From Adineta steineri (taxonomy: Eukaryota), in NCBI GenBank assembly GCA_905250035.1, contig CAJNOE010000001.1, positions 522,980 to 538,770 on the forward strand: a DNA stretch of 15,791 bases, read 5' to 3'. The notes under the pieces were generated by a model that made no database searches, was not told where the DNA came from, and was given only the letters and a program-made list of their open reading frames with translations. The position numbers were made by a program, and so were the translations under genes. Every line of letters starts with the position of its first letter. Position 1 is the first letter of the stretch. Positions 1-9,477 of the stretch are shown here, piece after piece.

Positions 1-308
1 AAGGAAACTTGGGTTCCAAAGTGTTCTTCGTATGGGGTTCGACGTGTGTAGGTTGTCTTCTCTTTGCGTTTTTCTGTATTTGGGAGACAAAAGGTTTATC
101 ACTCGAACAAGTCGATTATCTTGTTAGCAATTCATCACCTCTCACATCGGCCAAACTTAATAAAGCATTGCGAGCAGGTACTGTCGTGGCAACTGGCTCG
201 ACCAGTGGCGGACCTGCACCCTTCTCGAATAAAATACAAAACGCTGAAGATGCGAAGATTGCTAATCCGAGTACTGACAAGAAAGCAACTGTTGGAGATG
301 GAGTTTGA
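1..308 (+). CDS. 3' end (partial, cut by window start) of a fungal-type MFS sugar/hexose transporter
   Basis: Reading frame GNLGSKVFFVWGSTCVGCLLFAFFCIWETKGLSLEQVDYLVSNSSPL... matches the terminal helix plus the 'ETKGLSLEQVD' signature typical of fungal sugar transporters; stop TGA at 306-308. Confidence 0.85.
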   Translation, partial: GNLGSKVFFVWGSTCVGCLLFAFFCIWETKGLSLEQVDYLVSNSSPLTSAKLNKALRAGTVVATGSTSGGPAPFSNKIQNAEDAKIANPSTDKKATVGDGV

Positions 309-416
309 AGTTGACCAAACATTGGTGCACAACCAAAAAAAAAACAATTCATTTTTATTTTTACACATTTATATATATCCATATCGATGAAATAGGTCTT
401 AGTTAATCTCATTTTA

Positions 417-426
417 AATAAATAAA
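417..426 (+). promoter_or_regulatory. putative overlapping AATAAA polyadenylation signals for the transporter
   Basis: AATAAATAAA about 110 nt downstream of the stop. Confidence 0.4.
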
Positions 427-589
427 ATTGAAAATAGCGTCAAGCAATCTTACCCACACCTTCAAGATTTGTATTGTATACATTAACAAATGTTATCGTC
501 ATATGTGGCGCAAGTCTTTTCTCTCTGCAATTATCAAGTTGATAAGTAGAAAATGAAAATCAAAGGATTTAATTGTTAATGTTTTCTAA

Positions 590-856
590 TCAATATGTAA
601 TAAGTCGTCATTTAGTTTCTTCTAGTTCATTTTAAAGATTCATAGTAACTTTTCTCAATTCATTATTCGTTCGTATAGTTGATTCTCCTAATACATCTTG
701 CATTTTGTTAGTTCTCTTTAATAAGCGAGTATTTTCATTATCATTAAATAATAAATGATTGTGAACTACACGCTGATGAGCATAGAAACTCGTTTGTGAA
801 TGTATTTGATCACATATTGCATCGGTTAGTAATAATGAAGGATAGTTAATATTCCT
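590..856 (-). pseudogene. possible decayed coding segment of unknown family
   Basis: Minus-strand frame reads ...PSLLLTDAICDQIHSQTSFYAHQRVVHNHLLFNDNENTRLLKRTNKMQDVLGESTIRTNNELRKVTMNL*NELEETK*RLITY*. Protein-like (coiled-coil-like) text continues through two stops, TAA and TGA, which are one substitution from Lys and Arg. Confidence 0.3.
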
Positions 857-926
857 TCAGGTTGTGAACGCATTTTCGCAGGTGAATTATCGAGAATGTG
901 AGTGTACGTACATTCTCTCTCATCAT

Positions 927-975
927 ACACACATACCCACCCACGCCCTCCCTTGATGTACACTCACATTCACGC
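927..975. repeat. telomere-like (C-rich) tract
   Basis: ACACACATACCCACCCACGCCCTCCC followed by CACTCACATTCACGC. Confidence 0.5.
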
Positions 976-1027
976 TTCTTCACTAAAGCACATTAAGTTG
1001 TTTCTAATGCCTCTTTTACCATCTAGC

Positions 1028-1073
1028 GGGTGGGTGAGTGTAGGTTAATAAAAGATGAATTTACACCCACACC
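1028..1073. repeat. telomere-like foldback element (imperfect)
   Basis: GGGTGGGTGAGTGTAGG ... TACACCCACACC in inverted orientation. Confidence 0.55.
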
Positions 1074-1074
1074 T

Positions 1075-1080
1075 TATAAA
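1075..1080 (+). promoter_or_regulatory. candidate TATA box
   Basis: CTTATAAAAGG immediately after the right arm of the 1028-1073 foldback. Confidence 0.4.
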
Positions 1081-1589
1081 AGGTAGATATCAATAATGTG
1101 TTTATATATCGCATTCAATCATATCCATATTCATTTTGTATAACACTTAACAATTAAAATAATCGAGTGAACCAGCTGAAAACTTGAAAACGCAAGATAG
1201 GTAAACAGCAAACATGAACGTACTTTTTCATTTATATTCTCTTTTTCTTGTGTGCGTATGACTAGAAAAGGAAAAAAGTATAATCTTTTTCTCTTTTTCT
1301 TCTGTCAGTTGTTGATATTGTTAGTGACGATGAGAGTATAGAAAAATCGATACTTATATCTACACTCGCAATAATTTACCAAGATTTTGATACGTAATTT
1401 TCATGTATTTATCGAGCACATATTTAACTACTTCGGAAGAAAAATGTTTTTCATTGATTTCTGTTCGAATGTTCACACGGATTTTATTGGAAAGAAAATA
1501 ATTTGAAAATGAAAATTGGGAAAAAAACAGCTAGCTACATAAGAGAAATGGAGAAATTAGTCTTTTTTTCGATGTTTGAGGAATCCAAT

Positions 1590-2035
1590 TTAGCCAAGAA
1601 GGGCTGCAAGTTGTGGGAAGTTCGTTTGAATAAATTGTGTGAGTGTTGCTTTAGCATCTGCAACTCCGTTGTTTTGTGAATCAGATTGAAATGCTGTTGC
1701 TAAACCAACGATGAAAGTGGGACATGGTTCTGTACCAGCCAATAATGCTTTTTCATTTGTTGTAATATAAGCAACTGAAGCTGGAAATTTTTGACTTCCT
1801 ACTCCAGCAGCGAATAGTCCATTTAACTTGACGAAAAAAGCAACTGCTGCAGGTTTGTTTTGTGCATAAGCATTACAGATCATTGTTCCAGCATCCTGGC
1901 CTATTGTCGATGCAAGATTTTGTAAACTTAAGGAAGAAGCAACGCCGAACATGATACATAACTGCAATAAATTATAAACTTTAATTTTTCTTTTATGTTC
2001 TTTTTACTTACTGTAAATATGATTTTATTCATCAT
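1590..2035 (-). CDS. small secreted protein of unknown family (two exons: 2035..2012 and 1961..1590)
   Basis: Exon 1 ATGATGAATAAAATCATATTTACA, donor GTAAGT, 50-bp intron (1962-2011) ending TTATTGCAG, exon 2 in frame. Spliced protein: MMNKIIFTLCIMFGVASSLSLQNLASTIGQDAGTMICNAYAQ...PQLAALLG (131 aa) with a signal peptide. TATAAATA lies upstream. Confidence 0.75.
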
Positions 2036-2104
2036 GATTGTTGTGAATGCTGTTCTTATCGATGTTACTGTTGTTAATGAATGTGTTGTGTAAGTGTACA
2101 CTCA

Positions 2105-2112
2105 TATTTATA
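2105..2112 (-). promoter_or_regulatory. putative TATA box of the small secreted protein gene
   Basis: TATTTATA on + (TATAAATA on -), about 70 bp upstream of the ATG at 2035. Confidence 0.5.
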
Positions 2113-3339
2113 GACGGATTTTTCTCTATTCATGACATATGCAAAATAATTATATATTGACACTAATGGCATTCTGATTATTTACTTAGCTAGAAAAAAT
2201 ATGAAGAAATTGAAAGAAACCTGTTCGTGACCAAAATACAAATGTTTATATGTACTTTTTCATCAAAAAAAAATAACCTCATATACTTTCAGCATAGTTT
2301 TATTCAAGCAAATTTAATGATGCTATTCAGTGGATCGATAATATGACTTTGTTAAACAGAGTTATTATTATTTCAAGTTTATCTCTGATGCCAAAGACTT
2401 TATATTAATAATTTAATAATAGCAGAAAACATTTTTGTAAGTATAATTGATATATGATTATTCATTGAAATAAAATGACGCAGCATGTTCTATTCACAAG
2501 ATTCTATTCTGAATAGAACAAAGTATAAAATTATATAAATGACGAATGTCATAATATTACGAAAAAGTACATTGAAAGTTTTTATTGACATGAAACTAAT
2601 GTTCGTACTTAAGTCTTAAGATAAAAAAAGCTTTAAAATTTTCTTCTTTTAGTTAAGAAATTTTTTAAATAATTATCTTCTTGAAAAGAATATTACTAAG
2701 ACGTGATTCAAAGCGATAGTTGAAGCTGTGAATAAGAGATAAACGCAACACCTATACCCATATCTTCTTATCAACATGAAACATTTATCTTTCGGAATCA
2801 TGATGACATGAATCTTTGTTTGATTTTCATTGACATTATCCAATTCGTGCTCGCACGTTTACAGCATTTACTGCAACCCTCAGATCATTTATCTCTCTTT
2901 CAATTCACTTCTGGGCCCGTTTTTTTCTTTATGAATTGTACGTCTGTAGTTAGTGCAACTAATGTGACGATTACACAAGTTGCTATGGGTTTGATCTCGC
3001 TGGATGTAGGTGTAATATTTGTATTCATTTTTCACAAACATTCACACTCTCATACTCACACCATACATACTTTGATTGATGCGTTCATTTTAATATGTAT
3101 CTATCTAATATAATTGAATGAATTGATTTATTGTGCTACACAATAACTCTTTATTTTTCACTTTTTGACTAAATTACTTATGGTAAAGCACGTGTTGGTT
3201 TAAATTCTTTAGCAATGTATTAGTTTGACTTCATTGTATGTTGTGAACATCAATACGAATTTTCTAGTTATTAGATGTAAATAAGTAACTCGATAACTTA
3301 ATAAACATAAATGTATAAATAGAATTTTTATTATTGAAA

Positions 3340-3408
3340 CGATGTAAATGGATATGGATATGACAAAATTCTTATAGCTCTATGCCCACATCCACACCCT
3401 TAAATCGA
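3340..3408. repeat. decayed telomere-like foldback element
   Basis: Right arm CCCACATCCACACCCTTAAATCG. Left arm CGATGTAAATGGATATGGATATG resembles its reverse complement, with several G-to-A-type differences. Confidence 0.35.
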
Positions 3409-3753
3409 TATGAAGTGGTAATGAAGAAATAATATCAAATAATACATTATTATCTGATACTTGTTCGGAATGAAGTTGACGCTTTTTCTTCCTATTTTCA
3501 TAATATTTCATTGATCTTTTAGAATTTCTCTTTTCAACAAAATCAAGAGTATGTTCGAACTCGAAATCCATATCGAGAATAAAAATAGAATCTTTGACTA
3601 AAAATATAATTAAAAAGTTAAAATTATTTCCTTGCCGATATTTTTATTTTTATATATCTAAACTAATTCAAAAAAAATAAAGTATCCAACATAGTACTAA
3701 AAACCTTGATCTTTTCATTACGGTAATATATTCGAGATCTCCAAATTTGAGAA

Positions 3754-3813
3754 TGTGGGTGAGTGGCTGTCATACTCATTTAGACACCTTCACTCTCAGC
3801 CACACCCGCACCC
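3754..3813. repeat. telomere-like foldback element
   Basis: TGTGGGTGAGTGGCTG ... CAGCCACACCCGCACCC inverted arms. Confidence 0.6.
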
Positions 3814-4004
3814 TCAAGATGGTTTACTAGTTTTTTTCCCTTCTGTTAGGTCAGCTTTCACTTACTCATCTTTTTATAGAAGCTCCAGTTACTTATCTGT
3901 TTACACGATTCTATTAAGTTAGATTGTAGCAGTAAAAGAAGAGAACGACTGTTCTCGCTTCATCGAAGAAAGATTAACAACAGCTTCCATTTTTTCACAT
4001 CTCC

Positions 4005-4014
4005 TATATAAAAA
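4005..4014 (+). promoter_or_regulatory. candidate TATA box of an unassigned transcript; splice-donor-like CCA|GTAAGT at 4067
   Basis: CTCCTATATAAAAAGC followed about 50 nt later by ACTACCAGTAAGTAAC. Confidence 0.3.
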
Positions 4015-4225
4015 GCAGCTCCACACATAAGACAAACAGTACTCCTTCTTACACGTTCAACTACCAGTAAGTAACTATAACAGGAGTCGATACTTGTGAA
4101 TAGACTCTTAGAGATAGAGTGAAGAGTTAGGTGATCGTTTATGATAAAATTAAGCTCCTTAATAGTCGAAATCTCTAGAATTGCGATATGAATGCAAAGA
4201 AACCTGTTTTCTAGACTAATGCTCA

Positions 4226-4298
4226 GTGTGGGTGTGGGTGGATGTAAGTCTTTGATTTTTCTTCGTAGTCTCATTCACACCCACATCCACACTTACAC
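4226..4298. repeat. telomere-like foldback element
   Basis: GTGTGGGTGTGGGTGGATGTAAGT ... CACACCCACATCCACACTTACAC inverted arms. Confidence 0.65.
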
Positions 4299-4492
4299 AA
4301 AGTTATAATAGATCAAAACTTGAATAAAGGAACAGACAAAACATAAATTTCACTAAAGAAAGAGAAGCAAAATAGGATGACAAAAATAAACTGAAGAATT
4401 CAAAGGGATAGGCGAAAGCCACTTAACAATTCTCTCCAGAATAAGATGATCAGGGACGAATCTTTTTGAAGAAAAATCAAGTTTGTAAATAA

Positions 4493-4704
4493 TTACACAT
4501 AAAAACATCGTTTGTTTGAACGCTTGTCTGACTGGATTGTATTTTCCCATAGACATTATTCATGTTATGCATATGAATCATAAAACAAACAACATCTATG
4601 ATGAACGATTTTTTCCAGTTTGGTTAAATCAATAGAAAGTATGAGCAATCATACCCGCGAGCAAAGTGGAAAGAAATTTCCAACTTGAACAGTATTTAAA
4701 GACA
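4493..4704 (+). repeat. direct repeat copy 1, promoter-like, ending in a TATA-like box
   Basis: Aligns over about 212 bp with 15571-15791 at roughly 94% identity plus one 9-bp indel; contains CAGTATTTAAAG at its 3' end. Confidence 0.9.
4693..4700 (+). promoter_or_regulatory. putative TATA box (TATTTAAA), possible promoter of the cathepsin gene
   Basis: TATTTAAA followed about 85 nt later by a donor ACAG|GTATGT (GT at 4784-4785). Confidence 0.4.
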
Positions 4705-4950
4705 GAAAAAGATGCAGAAAAAGCATTCACAGTTATTTTCAGCGTACTATTCACTCAAGACAGTCAAGCTTGAATTTTGACAGGTATGTCAGTTATAACG
4801 TTTTAGTTTTTTTCATGGCTTATCTGTTGAATAAAATAAATTACGAGTGGGGGCTAAGAGATTACCCACCATAATGCTTGCCTAATTCGACTTGTAATAT
4901 AAATCAAATGGAAAAGAAAAATTATTAGCATACTTCATACCTATAAAAGT

Positions 4951-5110
4951 TATTTTATCGATTACTCATTGATATAATTGTAATAAGTAAACATTTTACT
5001 ACAGGTTAGAAAAAGGAAAAAAGAAATGTTTCTTTTATCGATTACTCATTTATATAATTGTGTTAAATGAACACTTTACTGTAGGCTAGAAAAGAAAAAC
5101 AAGAAAAGTT
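4951..5110 (+). repeat. exact-period tandem duplication, 2 x 80 bp
   Basis: 4951-5030 and 5031-5110 align without gaps (about 65/80 identical). Each carries TTTTATCGATTACTCAT...TTTACTRYAGG. Confidence 0.85.
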
Positions 5111-5474
5111 TTTTGAATCCATTCATGATTGATAGAAATGTATATATAAAAATGATATAAATCAATAATTACTAGTTTGTTTTATTCTTTATTTTCAAAA
5201 TGAGAACAATCTTCTGAATGTTCATTTATATTATAAGTCGAATTAGACATCTCATGACTTCATGACTTAAACAATGTTTGTTGAAGTAAAAATTTTGTCG
5301 AGAAATATATCGAGTAGAAACGAGTTAGCCGATATAGTTAAATCAATAGTATAGTTATACGAAACGATTCTTTCTGAATTTATTGTTAGAAATTTGTTAA
5401 AACGTGGAAAAGTGTTAAAGATCGTTAACTATTCAAACGCGATTTCGGCGACATTTATAAATCAAAATATTTAG

Positions 5475-6909
5475 ATGCAATTAATTTCGATTATTACAAT
5501 TGTTGTGCTCAGTTTCGGTTGTGTATTGGCGTATAACAAAACACGTAACCAGCAATGGAAGTTATGGAAAGATAAACACAAGAAAAACTATTCTGATGCT
5601 GAAGAACTTGTTCGGTATAGTATATTGTTCTTTAATTGTTTCTATTTCTAATTGATTATCAAACTCTGAAATTGTAGACGTGCTGTGTGGGAGAATAATT
5701 CGAAGATTATCGAAGAACATAATCTTCAAGCTAATCTTGGTGTTTATACGTATCGACTTGGAATGAATCAATATGGAGATTTAGTAAGCTTTTATATTGT
5801 AATCTTCAAGTACAATTTTATCTATAATTTGTTTCACAAATAGACTGCCAGTGAAGTTGTGCAAAAATACACTGGTGTCAAAGTAAATATAGAAACAAAA
5901 AACAATCAAGTTCGTGAAGTATTGGTATCCAATTCGACTGCTAGTCTACCAGACTCTGTTGGTATGTATTACAGTGAACTGAAACTATGACTTATGAAAG
6001 TATTTGACTGTTTTCTTGCTAGACTGGCGTAACCAGAGCGTTGTTGAAGCAGTCAAAGATCAAGGTGTTTGCGGATCATGTTGGGCCTTCTCAACAGCTG
6101 GCGCAATTGAAAGTGCGTATGCTATTAAAAATGGCACGCTTCTTTCCCTTTCTGAACAACAATTAAATGATTGTTCTGGCGGAGATGGAAATGAAGGTTG
6201 TAACGGTGGTACGACGGATAATGGCTTTGTATATGTCATCAATGCAGGTGGCATCGAAACAGAAAGTTCATATTCATATACAGCGGTTGACCAGGCATGT
6301 ATGTTCAATGCAACAGATATTGCTGTCAAAGTCTGCGATTTCGTTCAGTTAGCATCAGGAGATGAAGCAGTTCTTCAACAAGCCGTTGCTACTGTTGGAC
6401 CAATATCAGTCTCGATTGATGCTAGTCATTCCTCATTTCACTTATATGAATCCGGTGGTATGTAATATTCTTCATCTATCTCCAACTATCATTTTGTACA
6501 ATTTTTTAACAGTCTACAATGAACCAACTTGCTCACAAACCTTATTTGATCTTGATCATGCTGTTCTTCTTATTGGTTATGGTACAGACGGAGACGATGA
6601 TTATTGGCTGATAAAAAACAGGTAATTATTATGTTTTAGATAGTCTATTAATAAATTCACTATTTCTATCATGGTTTCAGTTGGGGTACAAGTTGGGGCG
6701 AACAAGGTTATATGAAAATGGCACGAAATCAAAATAATCAATGCGGTATCGCGACGTTTGCCAACTATCCGATTATTTGCTCCGCTAATATGCAACCAGT
6801 ACTACATCAACCAGTACAGCATTGGGTATCGGATGCTTTCTGTATGACACCTAATATGTTCCTGATGATCGGTATCTGTTGCTTTGTAAACAAAATTTAC
6901 GACTTGTAA
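5475..6909 (+). CDS. papain-family (C1A) cysteine protease, cathepsin L-like preproprotein; exons 5475-5614, 5678-5783, 5844-5961, 6023-6457, 6513-6621, 6681-6909
   Basis: All five introns are 55-63 bp with GT..AG, and phases chain to 378 aa. Signal peptide [19 protein letters not shown], propeptide with an ERFNIN-like pattern ([13 protein letters not shown]...[11 protein letters not shown]), mature LPDSVDWRNQ...[11 protein letters not shown] (Cys), [11 protein letters not shown] (His), [12 protein letters not shown] (Asn). Confidence 0.95.
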
Positions 6910-7380
6910 CAGCATGTTTCAGAATATATCACTATAAACATATACACAACCCACAAAAAGCCACACTGACATTCATACCATCACCCATGCCACCTTTCCC
7001 TGAACTTTGTTTTCATTCTTAATTTAAAAATAAATATTTATACCAGAAATCTTCAAACTACTTGATTTGTATATGATCGTTAGATACAATTTCAAAATAG
7101 AGAAGCGATTTTTATTTCAAGATTCAAATAGAATTATACCATACAAAAAAACACCCATAATTTTCACATCTCCAACATAGTTTTTCTTTCTTATTTGCTT
7201 CTAAATGCCAACGGATAAAATGTAAAAAAACAATTTCACATTCAACAACGCGTGAATAGAAAGAAAGATGAAAAAAATAAAAAGCTTTCTCATTTTCTTG
7301 TTTACATGTTGCACACAACACCTTCATCATTGGCATCAAATTTCTACAACTTTCGCTCGCATTGAACGTGTACAATAAAA

Positions 7381-9234
7381 ATGGGTTGTGTTCCTCTTCG
7401 TCGAAAGAAGCCTTTTCCCTTATCCTCACTTTTGCGACGCCTTCCGAAGCAAAAAGCTATGTTCGACGAAACCTTTTCCAGCAAAAAGGATACGTACTTA
7501 AAAGTGAATTTGGAGTCATTCAATAATGAAATATTGCTTGATTTATTTGAGTATCTTAGCGGTGTTCAGCTTCTTCGTGCTTTTTATGGTCTCAGTTATC
7601 GCTTCAATGGTCTTCTCTTCGAGTATCTGCAAACTCATGATCTTGATTTTCGATTTGTATCAAAACATGACTTCGATACACTCTGTCGACAATTTCTTTC
7701 ATCCAACGTCGATAAAATCTTTTCACTTTCCCTGTCAGACGATGACAGTACTCCAAATCAAACCACTTATTTTCTTGCACATGGTTTCAATCTTCTTCAT
7801 TTCACTCATTTGCGATCACTTTCCTTGTATCACGTCACTTCTGTTGAAACAATCAAGGGATTAATGTTGACTTGGCCTCATCTTCCTAATCTCAGTACTC
7901 TGAGATTGAAACAACGTTCCTGTCTAGATGATGAAATAAATTCTCTCACTTTTGTGAATAGCATTTGGAGTATACCTAAACTAGTTCATTGTTATCTACA
8001 CGTTTATTTGAATTGGCAATTATATTTTCCTGTGCCAACTGTGATCTCATCAACTTTGAAGTATTTATTTATCTCAGGTTCTAAGTGTAAGTTCGGTGAA
8101 ATGGCTTCTTTATTCAAACATTCACCGTGTATTGAGAATCTTTTTATCAAGATTATTCACGATTCGACCAAGATATACCTGTCATCAGCTGTTTCATCAA
8201 TCAATGCCTTAAACATCTCGTTTTCCGACGGCATAACAGACGACATGGTGATAAATGTTATGCAAAACATTCCAAATTTGTGTCATTTAACAGTTCAGAC
8301 ACAGACCATCATAAACGGACAAATACTGGAACAAATGATTCGCAACTATTTACCCAATCTGAAAACATTTCGTTTTAAAATGAGTAGTGTACTTCGTATA
8401 CCAAACAGCGTGGAACAATACATGGATGCACTCATTGACTCGTTTCAAAGTAGATTTTGGCTTGACGAGTATCGTTTGTTCGTTCGATGCGATATCAGAG
8501 ATACTCAGGCACGCTACTATAGCATTAATTTTTACTCTTTACCTTATGCTTTCGAGGATATCCATGACTTCTCAAATATATACAAATCGACTTGTTCTAA
8601 CGATTATAATCATTCTTCATCATATAATCGTGTACGTCGTTTCGAATATAAAGATTGGTTCAACAAAAACTCCATTGCACCTCAAATGTATTTCAATAAT
8701 CTTCGTTATCTTTCCATTGAACTTCCTGTCAATGACTTATTTGAGTCGATTGTACCAAGTTTTGATCGATTGACTTCACTCCAAGTATCATTGTCGAATG
8801 AGAATGCAATCTGTGCGTCCCAGTTACAAAATATTCTCGATCGAGCACCTCGTTTGTATTCGATACAGTTCGTTAGGTTGCCATTCTTCTGTGGCGAGTT
8901 ACCACCGTTCCAGAACAGACATGCGTCTGTATGTCAACTAGATGTAAGAGCGAGTGATTTATGGTATAACAATGAAGAGTGTGTTGAATTAAGCGCTTCA
9001 CCTCTAGGTATTCAATGTAAGATGCTTTTCATTCGCGTACAAAATCAGCAATGCGTACTTGATCTTATTAACAACATGCCTAACCTTCAAGCATTGTTTG
9101 TTCAATTCGGTTACGACATACTTTGTGAAACATCAGCGTCACTTATCGCGTGGTTACGGTATAATTTACCATCGACATGCATGATTACAAAAGATAAAGA
9201 TTATGACTTAGACATTCATTTGTGGATTCGTTAA
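7381..9234 (+). CDS. F-box domain protein with LRR-like C-terminal region (617 aa, single exon)
   Basis: Long uninterrupted ORF. VNLESFNNEILLDLFEYLSGVQLLRAFYGLSYRFNGLLFEYLQ is an F-box-type motif, followed by LRR-like segments (THLRSLSLYHVTS, LPNLSTLRLK, LRYLSIELP, LTSLQVSLS). Confidence 0.85.
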   Translation: MGCVPLRRKKPFPLSSLLRRLPKQKAMFDETFSSKKDTYLKVNLESFNNEILLDLFEYLSGVQLLRAFYGLSYRFNGLLFEYLQTHDLDFRFVSKHDFDTLCRQFLSSNVDKIFSLSLSDDDSTPNQTTYFLAHGFNLLHFTHLRSLSLYHVTSVETIKGLMLTWPHLPNLSTLRLKQRSCLDDEINSLTFVNSIWSIPKLVHCYLHVYLNWQLYFPVPTVISSTLKYLFISGSKCKFGEMASLFKHSPCIENLFIKIIHDSTKIYLSSAVSSINALNISFSDGITDDMVINVMQNIPNLCHLTVQTQTIINGQILEQMIRNYLPNLKTFRFKMSSVLRIPNSVEQYMDALIDSFQSRFWLDEYRLFVRCDIRDTQARYYSINFYSLPYAFEDIHDFSNIYKSTCSNDYNHSSSYNRVRRFEYKDWFNKNSIAPQMYFNNLRYLSIELPVNDLFESIVPSFDRLTSLQVSLSNENAICASQLQNILDRAPRLYSIQFVRLPFFCGELPPFQNRHASVCQLDVRASDLWYNNEECVELSASPLGIQCKMLFIRVQNQQCVLDLINNMPNLQALFVQFGYDILCETSASLIAWLRYNLPSTCMITKDKDYDLDIHLWIR

Positions 9235-9236
9235 TA

Positions 9237-9242
9237 AATAAA
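9237..9242 (+). promoter_or_regulatory. polyadenylation signal of the F-box gene
   Basis: AATAAA two nucleotides after the stop codon. Confidence 0.55.
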
Positions 9243-9291
9243 GGAGTGTATGAATGAGAGTATTATCTTGATCTGTATTCGTAAGAAAACT

Positions 9292-9345
9292 AGGGTGAGG
9301 GTTTGGGTGATGGTGAAGTCTGAGAGAATACTCACACTCACAGCC
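9292..9345. repeat. telomere-like foldback element (imperfect)
   Basis: AGGGTGAGGGTTTGGGTGATGG ... ACTCACACTCACAG. Confidence 0.45.
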
Positions 9346-9477
9346 TGAATAGTTTTAATACCACTTGGAAATAAAATAAGTAGTTCTTATCAATTTATAT
9401 TATTCACTTTATTTGTCTCTCTTTCTACATTGATATAATAAAAACTGCATTCAACTGTGCCTATAACCTGTGAATCA

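Noticed and set aside
116-412. Minus-strand ORF (98 aa) and overlapping 135-368 ORF
   Set aside because: They lie antisense to the well-supported transporter terminus, so they are most simply shadow ORFs.
2808-3113. Plus-strand ORF MNLCLIFIDII... (101 aa)
   Set aside because: The C-terminus is low-complexity HKHSHSHTHTIHT from a CA-rich tract, there is no recognisable domain, and no splice or promoter evidence was convincing.
3541-3580. GTTCGAACTCGAAATCC as a tRNA T-arm
   Set aside because: No matching acceptor, D or anticodon arms are nearby, so no tRNA is supported.
3960-4274. Minus-strand ORF (104 aa)
   Set aside because: It spans a TATA-like promoter region and a telomere-like foldback, and the translation lacks domain features.
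4846-4870. GTGGGGGCTAAGAGATTACCCACC as another foldback
   Set aside because: The arms are only about 5 bp with poor fit to the TGTGGG pattern, so it was not counted in the family.
6060-6329. Minus-strand ORF (89 aa)
   Set aside because: It is antisense to exon 4 of the cathepsin gene and is a shadow ORF.
7124-7429. Minus-strand ORF (101 aa) and the plus-strand alternate frames inside the F-box gene
   Set aside because: They overlap the strongly supported F-box ORF or its leader and have low-complexity composition.
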